64,000 bases of DNA from the human T2T-CHM13v2.0 reference genome, Homo sapiens: assembly GCF_009914755.1 (NCBI RefSeq), contig NC_060930.1; one strand, 5' to 3'. The notes beneath the pieces are model-generated. The model ran no database searches. It had not been told where the DNA came from and saw nothing but the letters and a program-made list of their open reading frames with translations. How positions within the stretch are numbered: the first letter of the stretch is position 1; each line of letters begins with the position of its first letter. Below, in pieces: positions 25,449 to 37,135 of this stretch. A program made the translations under genes and the position numbers.

Positions 25449-25570
25449 GGCCCAGGACCTGCAGCCTCTGCCCAGACACGCCTCCCAGGGCCCAGAACCA
25501 GCAGCCCCAACCTGGACATGCTTCCCAGGGCCCAGGACCAGCAGCCCCCACCCAGACACGCTCTCAGGGG
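25449..25570. repeat. 40-bp diverged minisatellite (3 copies)
   Basis: GGCCCAG(G/A)ACC starts at 25449, 25489, 25529. Confidence 0.8.
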
Positions 25571-26889
25571 CCGCTCCAATCACACCCACGTCTCAGCTCT
25601 TACTAAGGCTCAGTTTCAGTTTTGCAATGCTTCTCATGTGCCTATCCCCCAAGCCTTTTCAATCTGCTAATTTTCCAGCAAATGAGACATGACAAAAAGT
25701 CTTGTTTATCTTAGCTAAATATCTCAATTAAAACACTCCATTCTGAAAGCATGACGTGGCATTTGGCACCTTCGTGGTAGCACAAAACAGCTGGCGAGAT
25801 GCTCTGTGCTCCGAATGTCCACCAAGAGTCAGCTTCCGGACACTTCTGGACCCTCCCACACTGTCACAGGGGAGGGTGTGGGGGTATGGGTGCTCGAGTT
25901 ATCCTCGTGTGAACCAGACGCCAGTGAGGGATGGGGACAACCACGGTGCCCTCAGCGCTGGCCATGGGTGCTTCCCACCGAGGGCCCTGAGGACAACATG
26001 GACATTCTGCTGTCCTGGGCACCTGGCACACCTGCATGTCCTTCTAGAGACCAGGGGTTTGGCTCCACCCCACTAGTTCAAATGTGAAAGCAGAAAGCTC
26101 TGCATGTCTCTGCTTAGAAACTTGCTGAAAGATAAAGGTCAGTGTTAAGCACCTTCTCTGTGTGAGACAGAAACAAGGAGGATCCCTGCCCTCAGGGCTG
26201 CTGGGGGGAGGTCCTGTTAGGAGGATGAGTGCTACAGTAACTGCTGTGTTCCCTGGGATGACGGCTGCAGTGGGGGCGAAGGTCAGATTCATGATGAGCA
26301 CTTGGGTCCTGCTTCCCAGCTGTGCTGGGGGATGTGCACGGACACCACCCTGATGACCAGGAAAGCCCGGCCCAAGCTCACCTCTGACTGTGGACAGTGC
26401 GAGCTCTCAGATCTGTGCGTGGCAGAGGGCTGGTCCTCGTGGCCTCCAACCTGGGAAAATTTTACATAGACGTTACACTCCTGAAAATAAGTTGGCAAGT
26501 TATCCTGTAGCAAATGTTCTGAAAGAGTGAAGAAGTCTTTTATAAAACATGATACCACAAGCCAATGTTCTTTTTCACAAAAACCCAAATGCTTTCTTCC
26601 CATCCCAGAGGATCTGGATGGACTCAGCGGGTCTGAGGGGGGCTCAGTTCACTGGACGTCTACAAACCCCTGGGGGTTATTCCCACGTGCACACCAAGTG
26701 GAACCAGGAAGTAAACACTCTGGCTCACGGCCTGTGCATCTGGTGTGCATGAATCAGGAGGCCGACCCTCGCAAAGGTATGAGGGAGCCCACCTCCAGTC
26801 ACCACCCCAGCCAGGCTCTGGGAAGAAGTCATTCCGTTTCTAGCTAACGTGCAAACTCTTCTGAGCAATGTCAGACACATTCTTTATTT

Positions 26890-27272
26890 TCTGTTTACCT
26901 TTGTACTTTTAACTAATTTTAGTCTTACAGTAGAGTCACAAAAATAACAGCTCTTCCTGACACACCATATCCAACTTCCCTGAGTTAGCCCCTTAGCCCC
27001 AGCACGACTGCCAGAACCAGGACACTCACACCGTGCTATTCATGAAACGCAGACTTCAGATAAACCTCATGGTGTTTCCACATGGGCCCGGCTTCTGCTC
27101 CAGGGTCCATCAGGGTGGTCCCCTGCGTCCAGTTGCCTGTGGCCGTGGCTGCTCCCTTGTCTTTCGAACCTTGACACGTTGGAAGACTTGATCAGTTATT
27201 TTGCCAACTATCTGGTCTGTCCAATTGGACTGAAGTGAGGCACTATCGGCAAGAATGCCACAGAGGTGATGC
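26890..27272 (-). mobile_element. Old L1M (L1MC-like) 3' UTR fragment
   Basis: CTTGTCTTTCGAACCTTGACACGTTGGAAGACTTGATCAGTTATTTTG...GGCAAGAATGCCACAGAGGTGATG. Confidence 0.6.
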
Positions 27273-27274
27273 CG

Positions 27275-27760
27275 AGTCCCTGCTGGGGCGCAATGTCCCT
27301 GCTGTCCCTCCATGTCCCTGCTGTCCCACCATGTCCCTGCTGTCCCTCCGTGTCCCTGCTGTCCCTCCATGTCCCTGCTGTCCCACCATGTCCCCGCTGT
27401 CCCTCCGTGTCCCCGCTGGCCGTGTCCCCGCTGGCCCACCGTGTCCCTGCTGTCCCACCATGTCCCTGCTGTCCCACTGTGTCCCCGCTGTCCCTCCGTG
27501 TCCCCGCTGGCCGTGTCCCTGCTGTCCCTCCGTGTCCCTGCTGTCCCACCATGTCCCTGCTGTCCCACTGTGTCCCCGCTGTCCCTCCGTGTCCCTGCTG
27601 TCCCACCGTGTCCCTGCTGTCCCACCATGTCCCTGCTGGTGCACCGTGTCCCTGCTGTCCCACCATGTCCCTGCTGTCCCTCTGAGTCCGTGCTGGCCCA
27701 CCGTGTCCTTGCTGTTCCTATGTGTTCTTGCTGGTCCACCATGTCCTTGCTGGGGCACTG
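27275..27760. repeat. 19-bp VNTR (~25 units)
   Basis: Unit TGTCCCTGCTGTCCC(ACCA/TCCG/ACTG) with shorter TGTCCCCGCTGGCCG variants. Confidence 0.95.
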
Positions 27761-28445
27761 TGTCTGGGGCTTACGAAGTACTAGTGGTCACCACTGGCTG
27801 TGGGCCTCCATCACCGGGGGAACAATGCTACCACTGCTTGCCCACTGTGAGGTTACAAAGTGATTCTCCTTTTTGAATAATAAATATCTTCTTAGCTAAC
27901 TGCCTATCACATATGTCCATATTCAAGATTTGAAAAATCAAATTATCATCTCCCCAGGAATCAAAACATCCCCATTCCCTTCCACCCCCTGCAGAAAGAC
28001 GGTTTCATCGGGAGTCTGTTAGAGCCAGGTGGGGAAGGGTGGCCGCCGGAATGTCCCAAGCCTGGCCTTGAGCTTCGGACCATCTGCCAGGAGTGACTGC
28101 CCGGGTGCTCAGGAACACCACTGTGAACTTAGAGGTTGAAGTCCTTGAGAAACCAGGCGTCTATAAATAAATATGTAAGTTAAAATATTGATTAAACTTC
28201 CATTTTTATAGAGTACCCAAGCACGCGACAGGAAGGAAAGTTTACTGGGAGGATCAGATCCCTGTTTAAGGGAAGAGGCCGTGGAGTTGTCCTCGATCCC
28301 AGGAGAAGACAGTCACACACTGTGCTTCTAAGAAAGAACTGGTCCCACCATAGGCGTGTGGCTGCCACAGATCCACGTCCAAGCAGAAGTCACAGCTGTT
28401 CAGAAAAGAAAGGCAAAAGGAAGAAAGACATCTCTGTTTGAAAAG

Positions 28446-29042
28446 TGTAAACCAAAAACAAAACTCTGAGGCCCTCCAGTCATCTGAATGGACTTCCTCC
28501 TCAGCCAGGGCTCTTAAAATGTAACCTGAGAGGTGGGTTCAGGCCATGACGGGAAGCGGGGGTCACACACGTCTCATTGTACCCCTCACTAACAGCAGCA
28601 CAGACTTTGACAACAACATTTTGCACCCTATTCTGTCTGCAGCCTCCTAGCTAAAGCTTCATCTGCATGACAAAACCTTGCTCTCCACACCGTTATCTTA
28701 ACCCAGACGTTCCTTTCTGCTGCATCTCAGGTCTTTGGACAAACTCAACCCATTGTCAACCAGAAAACCTTTAAATTTACCTGACACCTGGAAGCCTCCC
28801 CTCCCTGCCAGCTTTGCGTTGTCCACCTTTCTGGACCAAGCCACTCACCAATGTACTTCTCAAATGTCTTGGATTGGTGTCTTATGGCTCCCTAAAGTGT
28901 ATAAATCCAAGCTGTCCCCCGACCACCTTGGCACATGTTCTCAGGACCTCCAGAGGGCTGTGTCACAGGCCATGGTCACTCATATCTGGCTCAGAATAAA
29001 TCTCTTCAAATATTTTCTAGCGTTTGACTCTTTTTGTGCACA
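28446..29042 (+). mobile_element. MER4-family ERV1 solo LTR
   Basis: TGTAAACCAAAAACAAAACTCTGAGG...TGGCTCAGAATAAATCTCTTCAAATATTTT...TGCACA; TG...CA termini; flanks AAAG/ATAG may be a 4-bp TSD with 1 mismatch. Confidence 0.88.
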
Positions 29043-29384
29043 ATAGCAAAGGCTACAAGTTTCTTTCTTTGCTCTGATTAATCAGCCCAGAGCCTCCTCT
29101 CTTGCCACCAGTGAAATTTAAAATGAACGAAGGTGTTTTACTGATGGGGTCTGTGCAGACCCAGTAGGCAGGGGGGTCCACTTTCCTGCTAGCTGTCCCT
29201 AGCGTCGTTGGCCAGGTGCAGAGGGGTCTGTCATTCTCCTACCAAAAATTTCACCCGTGCATGTGGGGCCTTTTGTAACACAGGATCTTAGGTCCCACTG
29301 CAGGTACAGGAATCAAAACCATCATTCCAGCCAGGCTCAAGGTAAATCCTGTGCCCAGGAAGGTGTGAGAAGCATTTCTCTGCG

Positions 29385-30055
29385 CCAGGAGCCCTCAAAC
29401 TTTTCCTGTAACAGCCCAGAAAGTGAATACTTCAGGCCTTGCCGGCCACACTACTCCACTCTGCCACTGTGACATGAAAACCACCCGGGACAGTTTGTGA
29501 TCAGAAGAGCAGGGCTATATTCTAATAAACTTTACTTGATTTGGCTCAGTTCAGCCCAGTTTGCCATAGGTGGGCAGCATCTTGGCTGGCAAGATGATAA
29601 CGAAGCACCCCAGCTCTGAGCCACCCACATCTCACGTCAAATGGTAAGCCCCAGTGTTGCAGGTGGGGCCTGGTGGGAGGTGATTGGATTATTGGGCGGA
29701 TTTCTCTCCTGTGCTGCTCTCGTGATGGTGAATGAGGGCTTGTGAGATTTAATTGTTTATAAAAGTGTGTGGCACCTCCACCACCCCTACCCCATCATCT
29801 CTAATCCTCCTCCTCTGGGCATGTGAGACATGCCTGCTTCCCCGTTGCCTTCTGCCTTCTGCCATGCCTGTAAGTTTCCTGAGACCTCCCCGGCCATGTT
29901 TCCTGTACAGCCTGCAGAACCATGAGCCAACGAAATCCCTTCTCTTTATAAATTACCCAGCCTCTAGACATTTATAAAGAGTGCAAGAACAGATTAATAC
30001 ACTTACAGACTTGTGGCAGGACAGGTGTGACCCTGGGCCAGTTTTCAGCCCCTGC
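29385..30055. mobile_element. MER58-like hAT MITE interrupted by an MST LTR
   Basis: CAAACTTTTCCTGTAACAGCCCAGAAAGTGAATACTTCAGGC...CTACTCCACTCTGCCACTGT...AATAAACTTTA; resumes after 30001 and ends ...CAGCCCCTG. Confidence 0.6.
29620..30001 (+). mobile_element. MSTA/B-like MaLR LTR
   Basis: CCCCAGTGTTGCAGGTGGGGCCTGGTGGGAGGTGATTGGAT...TCTTTATAAATTACCCAGCCTC...ATTAATACA. Confidence 0.88.
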
Positions 30056-30274
30056 TCAAGGTCAGTTACTGTCTGGAAACAGCCCCGTTTCCCTTGCAGA
30101 TTCAGAAGGGAAAGGTCATGTTTCTAAACATGGAATAGGACATGGCGATTGTTGAGTCACACTGGAGAATTTGATTTGAATATAATTGGTTCACAAAACA
30201 CTAGAAGCTAATGGATGCAAGAGTGTGGCCATAGTAATGATTTCAGGATGTCTTCCCAACAGCCCCGAGTGACA

Positions 30275-30400
30275 GATGTGTTATCATTTCCTTTTTATTC
30301 AGACAAGAACATTGAGGCTTGAAAAAGGTAAATTACTTACTCAAATTCTCATGTTTAATAAGTAGGACTGGGATTTAAACCTAAGAGCTAACAGCAAAGC
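30275..30400 (-). mobile_element. MIR fragment
   Basis: CAGACAAGAACATTGAGGCTTGAAAAAGGTAAATTACTT...TAAGTAGGACTGGGATTTAAACC. Confidence 0.65.
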
Positions 30401-30449
30401 ATTTTAGACCGTAAAGTATAAGAATAAGCGTGAATGCGATTCTCAGCCC

Positions 30450-30985
30450 AGTGTAAGACCAGGTATCGCCGGATGAGAGACGGCCACTCCTGGGAACAGT
30501 GGTGAAGCTGAAAGAGCCAGTCCTTCAAGGTGGATCCTGAGTGGCTAAAATAGAGCCCAGCGGCCGTTTGCTGTCTATAGGTCATACAAACACAGAGTCC
30601 CCCCAAAACCGCACCCTTGCACCTGGGATACTTTCTGGGCTCACCTGAACCAACCAATCAGAGCTCACCTGATCCAACCAATCAGAGCTCACCCAATCCA
30701 ACCAATCGGAGCTCACTGGCTTTGGCCAAATCAAGACCCGACTGTTATCAACTAATCAGAACTCAGCTGCCTTGACCAATCAGAACTAAGCAAGTTTGAA
30801 TCCTTCATTTGGATACACAGACCTGACTGAGACCTGGGTGGGAGCTTTTGCTATAAAACCGGAACGTTCCCTTTGTTCTCCAGGTACATTTGTTTACACC
30901 AAAGGCTGCATCTTCCCGGTTTGCAAACTGTGCACTGGAGTCTCCTTCTTCCAAACTCCTTTTCAGAGGATGTGTTTACTCTGTA
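30450..30985 (+). mobile_element. ERVL-class solo LTR (LTR47-like) with CCAAT array and TATA box
   Basis: CCAATCAGAGCTCACC repeats, CAGAACTAAGCAAGTTTGAATCCTTCATTTG, TATAAAA at 30852, CCCGGTTTGCAAACTG; subfamily from recall. Confidence 0.75.
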
Positions 30986-32474
30986 TTTATAACTTCAGGA
31001 GCGCAATCGCAGCCACGGTTTCTCTTGTTAGTGCTACATTACTTTGATTTTATAATCAGCCAAAATATTGTGATAAAAAAATCCCCTTTTCATAATCTGC
31101 GAATTTTAGACGTCACGTGGTACGACTCAAAGTCATACCCATTTCTTCCCAAGAAGAAAATTTACTCAAAATCCATAAAAGATTTGGCTCGGTTCGGCTC
31201 AGTTGGCCACAGGCAGGTAGCCTGTTGGCTGGAGGAACAGAAACGAACGACCCCCACTCTGAGCCGGCCTCAGAGACTTGTGGTCTAGCCGAATGCTCCC
31301 TGTAGAGGGAGATGGCTGTTTGTGTGTCCTTGGTGCACGGATGGCAGAACAATCTGACGTCCGTTATTAACACATTTGTCATATCAGCCACCTCTTTAAA
31401 CGGGTGTCCCAGAGTAACAAGATCCAGAAAAATGCCAGCAGTCTAGTTGGAACACAGGGTCCCACTGGCTGAGATACTGGCTGTCCTCAAGTGAGGACAG
31501 GCGCTATCAGGGACTGCAGCCACAGCATCCACATGTCAGGAATCAAAGGCCACCGTTTTCTCCGGCGTTTACATTCAGGCACGGTCCCCCTCGCCCCAGA
31601 TCACATCTTCAGAGTCTCAACAGCCCAGCCACTGAAGAATTGCTGCAGCCCTGCATAACCTCATACCTGTCTGGTACGGATCCACTAGACTAAAGGCTGA
31701 GGTGGAAGAGGCTTTTGTGTCCCTCGGTGCAGGACAGACTTGTCCCTGCAGAGAAGTATTTACAATGAGGGCAGAGCTGGGGTGTGAAGGACCCTCCACA
31801 CGGGGCTGCTCCCTTCTCCCTGCAACGCCACACAGGAGGCGGTCTCCACAGTGCCTCATCCCAAATGGCAGTGTCTAAGTTTGAACACTGTGTGGCCCTA
31901 ACAGCACTGCCTGCGTCAGTGGCTGAACAGTCAGTTTTGAGGCAGGTGGGCCGTCTTTCACACAGGTAAGAATAGATGGGGAGACAGCATTGATGTGGCC
32001 CAGACCTATGACCTGTGAGAGAGCCTGGATCTCCACTGGCCAGTTACCCAAAGGAGGTACAAGTGAATGTGCCCACCAGGGGCTGTGACACATCAGGTGT
32101 AAAGTTGTTATCACTATGCCTGGCATGTAACAGGCTCAGAAAACACTGACCATTATTTTGCAAGAAAACAAGTAGCTCAAAATAGCCACAGTGATGATGA
32201 ATTGGCAGCACTGCCTTCATTTCAGGATAAGGAAGCCGCCTGGAGGTGCACACCCAGACTGTACTGGGAAAGGAGGGTCCCTGAGCTCGGATCTGCACAC
32301 CACTAACCAGCCCTTTGTGCAGGAGCCCTTGAGCTGTGGCCCTGGCTCACACCAGGTAAGAGAAAATATCTGTGGTCCTAACTAAACACAGCCAAACTTG
32401 GATGCCAGAGCCTACTGCCAGATGCATGTCCCCACCTGAAAGGTGGCCACTGTGGCTAAGTGAGAGGGCTGGTT

Positions 32475-32918
32475 CACATTCCACAGAGCCTGTGCTCACG
32501 GTACCTGCATCCATGAAGCTGTGTCCACGGATCCCCATGTTTCAGGGACCTATGCTCCAGGGAGCCGGCAAATTGGAGACCCACGTTCCACAGAGCCTGT
32601 GCTCACGGCACCTGCATCCATGAAGCTGTGTCCACGGATCCCCACGTTTCAGGGACCTGGGCTTCAGGGAGCCAGCAAATGGGAGGCCCACATTCCACAG
32701 AGCCTGTGTTCATGGCACCTGCATCCACGAAGCTGTGTCCACGGAGCCCCATGTTTCAGGGACCTGTGCTCCAGGGAGCCTGCACATGGGAGGCCTATGT
32801 TCCACAGAGCCTGTGTTCACAGCACCTGCATCCATGAAGCTGTGTCCACGGAGCCCCAAGTTCCAGGACCTGTGCTCCAGGGAACCTACACATGGGAGAC
32901 CCCCGTTCCACAGAGCCC
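32475..32918. repeat. 107-bp tandem repeat (~4.2 copies)
   Basis: TTCCACAGAGCC at 32479, 32586, 32693, 32800, 32906. Confidence 0.95.
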
Positions 32919-33727
32919 ACATTCCCTCTCTCCTCCATCACTTCTTCCTGGTCCTCGAAGCGTTTCTTTCAGGTCTGCCTGGTACTGCGGCTGCTTCTGA
33001 GGACTTTGGACCTGTGGGCTTCTCTGTCTCAGTGGGACCTTTGTCATCCCTGCTGGTCTAGTGGGAAAGCACCCTGAGCACGGCTGGCAAGCCAGCAAAA
33101 TGAAGAAATGTGTGTGGTGCTGTCTGGCCAACTCCAGACTCCCAGCACTGCAAAGTCAGGAACTCGAAGTGACACAGAATCTCCGGTGGCATCAAGTGGC
33201 AGAGGCAGGTGGAGTTTGGCTGAGTTGTTACCTTGGTCTTTGTGATGCTTTGTGACCAGGGTCTGCTCTCTGGTGCCTTAATCCCAGGACAGCAAAAGAA
33301 GAAGGCAATCCTAGATCAACGTCTCTTGGCTTTTCTGGCCTGGCACCCAGAGTTCAGTTTCTTAAACTCTGCCTAACACACAGGTCGGCAGCACTTCCCA
33401 CAGAACTGGACTCCCAGTTATGGCCGGGACTTTGGCAAGGACACACTCATTCATGAGCATCAAGAGTGATACCCATCCACGACCCTGAGGGCCTGCTGGT
33501 GCAAGACCCAAACTCAACATTTTCAGTGTGGCCTCCGCCTGCTCTTGGTCACCTGACCAGGTTTCTGTTCCTGAGCCCTGTGGATGGTTCAGACGTCCCC
33601 ATCCACATGAGGGTCATGTGATGCGGCTTTAATTTCCACCTGGCAACCCTGGAAGCCCACGTGTGTCTCAGGAATGCATGGCTTCCATCTCCTCTACAGC
33701 CACAGGCAACAGGTCTACCTAGGGCAT

Positions 33728-34166
33728 GTGTGGGCAGCACAGGGTGCATGGTCACCTGCAGTGGATGGTGTGGGCAGCACGGGGTGCGTGGTCACCTGCA
33801 GTGGATGGTGTGGGCAGCACGGGGTGCGTGGTCACCTGCAGTGGATGGTGTGGGCAGCACGGGGTGCGTGGTCTCCTGCGGTGGGTGGTGTGGGCGGCAC
33901 GGGGTGCGTGGTCTCCTGCGGTGGGTGGTGTGGGCGGCACGGGGTGCGTGGTCTCCTGCGGTGGGTGGTGTGGGCGGCACGGGGTGCGTGGTCGCCTGCG
34001 GTGGGTGGTGTGGGCGGCACGGGGTGCGTGGTCGCCTGCGGTGGGTGGTGTGGGCGGCACGGGGTGCGTGGTCTCCTGCGGTGGGTGGTGTGGGCGGCAC
34101 GGGGTGCGTGGTCGCCTGTGGTGGGTGGTGTGGGCGGCACGGGGTGCGTGGTCGCCTGTGGTGGGT
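33728..34166. repeat. 40-bp G-rich VNTR (~11 copies)
   Basis: Unit GTGTGGGCGGCACGGGGTGCGTGGTCTCCTGCGGTGGGTG. Confidence 0.97.
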
Positions 34167-35284
34167 GTGCGGGGCCTTCTGTGAGGCAGGACAGGCTCTA
34201 CATGCACTTCGGCTTCTTGGCAGATCTGAGCGAATGAGAACTGCCCTGGGCTTCGCTCCCGTTTAACTTTGCATGAAGAAGAATGTTCTCCACTCTGACT
34301 TTAAGCCAAGTGCTTGTCTAAGTGCTTCTCTGACAGGGAGACAACACTCCTTCCCCGGAGCCTTCCACTGGGCCTGGACATCTCCCGTCTCTGGGCTCTG
34401 AGTTAACTTTGTGATGCCAGCTCTTTGTGGGGTGTGCGCACGGCTGCAGGTGAGGAGACCTGTGAGAGTCGGAAGCCAGCTGCCACCCCAAATGATAAGC
34501 ACATTGTAGCTGTCTCTGCATGGCTTCGTTGCATGAGGAAAGTCACTACTGTCAATGCAGGGCTGCTGGTCTCCACCTCGGAACGTGGCAGTGCACAATC
34601 CATCACTGCCCTGTGTTCGCAGGTCACAGAGAAAAGAAATGCTTTCTCTATTCCTTCTCGCAGTTAGTATTTTGTGATTATAGAAAAACTGTGCGTAGTT
34701 GGAAGTAGGGAAGGGAAGGAGGGAGGGAGGAAGAAAAACAGAAAGAAAATAAACCAAAAGAAAAAGAAGGAAGAAACCACCGTATTTTCAGTTTGCTTCG
34801 AATTATTAAAGTGGCTCAGGGAAAAAACTTTAATCTGAAAATAGTGGCCAACACGAGACAGGACGCCGATTGCTGCATGAGTAAGAGGAAGCACCGCAGA
34901 CCACCGCCGACGAAATTCTGGATTTTTTGAGGAGGGATTTCCTGAAGCGGGTGTTGAATATGGGCATGAAGCCACGAGGCTGAATCTAGATGTATGTTTC
35001 ACGTTTCTCACAAGAGCTGATGTTGGTTTTTGATTGCAAAAGATGCCCATTGCAGAAAAACAAAAACATATGTGTCATGAGGAGCCTCAGAAACCTCCCC
35101 AAGCCCTCCACACAGAAGTGATTGTGAGTGCCGCTCCAGACCTCGCCCTATGGGATCTATAGGACCTGTAGACCTATAGCTGCCTGTATGATCCTGTGGG
35201 TACAATCTCCTAATGTAGGTGAGTGTGTGGTCTTTATAACACAGAAGTACATGCGAGCCTCAGGGGCTGCTTTTTATTGACAGT

Positions 35285-35470
35285 TCATGATAATAATAGC
35301 ACACAGTGCATGTGGGGCATGGGGTGAGGGCTGGGTATTTACTGACTGTCCTGTGAGGTGGTGTGATTTCTGTCCCCACTTGGCCAATGAGGGCCTGCGG
35401 CACAGAGGGGTTACCAGCTCTCCTAAGGCCAACAGAGTTGATGGAGGGCTGGCTCCTGAACCACACCAGC
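35285..35470 (-). mobile_element. MIR fragment
   Basis: CCTGTGAGGTGG...TGTCCCCACTTGGCCAATGAGGGCCTGCGGCACAGAGGGGTTA...CCTAAGGCCAACAG. Confidence 0.55.
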
Positions 35471-35819
35471 CTGATGCAGGGGACTCAGCATTTTCACGAC
35501 CCCATATTATCATATCAATGTGCCATAATTTATTTAGATCTTTCCCTTTGTTGTTTCAATTTTTCCCTCTTAATGAACAGCTCATAGCCAAATTTTTGTG
35601 TACCTCATTATTTCCTTACACCCTCCCCAACTCCTCACTCTACGGTGACTCCACTGGGCAAAAACTTGCACACTTTAAGAATTTGGAAAATGTGTTGACA
35701 AATTACATCCTAGAGAGGGGGGCTCCAATCCCAGCCGAAGCAGATGGAGAGGCCCGCCCACGTCTTTGCTAACCATGGGAATATTTTTCCTAAAGGAAAA
35801 GCTTTGCCAGTTTGGTAGC

Positions 35820-36123
35820 TGCTGTGATTTGAATGATGACGGCCCTTCTGAAATTCAGGTTGAAACTTAATCTCCAAAGCAACAATATTAAAAGGTGTGG
35901 CTTTGGGAGGCCCCACCCTCATGACTGGGATCAGTGCCCTCACAGAAGGACTGGAGGTTGAAGGGAGCGTGTAACTGAGCACCTAGCAAGAAGGCCCTCA
36001 CCAGACACCAGTGCCGCCGCCTTGGACTTCCCCATCTCCAGAACACTAGGAAATAGCTTCTGGTTCTTTATAAATTACCCAGGCTCAGATATTTTGTTAT
36101 AGCAGCAGGAACAGACTAAGACA
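35820..36123 (+). mobile_element. MaLR solo LTR (MSTC/MSTD/MLT1A-like)
   Basis: TGCTGTGATTTGAATG...TTTATAAATTACCCAGGCTCAGATATTTTGTTATAGCAGCAGGAACAGACTAAGACA; flanks GTAGC/GTAGA fit a 5-bp TSD with 1 mismatch. Confidence 0.88.
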
Positions 36124-36964
36124 GTAGATAAGAACTGTCCTTTCCGCTCTAACATTCCGGCCATCTTTGAGAACAGGCTCTGCGTGTCCTGCCCAAGGAC
36201 AGGCATGATTTCAATCCTTTCCCAAAGAAACTGCCAGCAATGTGACCCGTAAGGCAGTAAGTTTATGCAATTAAAATTTTGACCTGATTTCTTCATTAAC
36301 AGTCTGAGTTTGGCTGGGCTGTAAAGCTGAGCAAAGGTTTAAGACAGAGCTCGGGCTTCTGGTCTTTCTCTTACAGGTGTACATTTAATACCAGGGCTCT
36401 GCCAGGGCTTCTAGAAAGAGCCTAGGGTGAGGAGGAAGCTCAGGGAGCTTGTGCTCCCAGAAGAGCTGCATCACAGAAGTGGAGATGGGGGCCGCACATT
36501 GGCCATGAGTACCCACGGATTGCAGTAGCCCCACTGAGGCCCCTTAAGGTGATAAAGACGAATTACAACCAAAGACTCTGGGGACTGGTCCCGGTGGTGG
36601 ACCTTCGGTGTCCTCGGGGAGCACGGTGGGGGCAGGTCCTGGGGGCCAGTGTGGGCTCTCTGTGCTCACACTTGGGAAGGAGCAGAGCAGGCCCTGAGAC
36701 ACTGCCACAGCCTCCCTCCTCCTTCCAAAAAGAGGAAGAGACTGTGATGTTCCAGCTCTGCCCGTGTGACTCAACCAGGGCTGCGGCCGACTGCGTGACC
36801 ACCAGGAAGAGGCTGTTTACATCTTCGGGAATCCCACATCTGGCCAGGCTCAGCTCAGGGTGGAGGGTCCCCTGAGCACTGGGGATGACTGGAAGCCTGC
36901 AGTCCCAAGCTAGGTGGCCTGGCCCGGAGCTCCTGAGATTTGGGCATCAGAGTGGCCGAGTTGC

Positions 36965-37135
36965 TCAAACAGGTTCCTGTACATCTGTGAGTCTCCGTTT
37001 TCTTCTCTGTGAAATGGGGACAATAAAACCACCTACTTTATTGAGTCATCGCAAGCCGGAAGAGGGTGATGTGTGTAAAGAGATTAACCCAGTATCTAGT
37101 ACCTCTAAAGTGCTTAACAAATGACACCTATCACA
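36965..37135 (+). mobile_element. MIR SINE
   Basis: CTGTGAGTCTCCGTTTTCTTCTCTGTGAAATGGGGACAATAA...AAGTGCTTAACAAATG. Confidence 0.8.
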
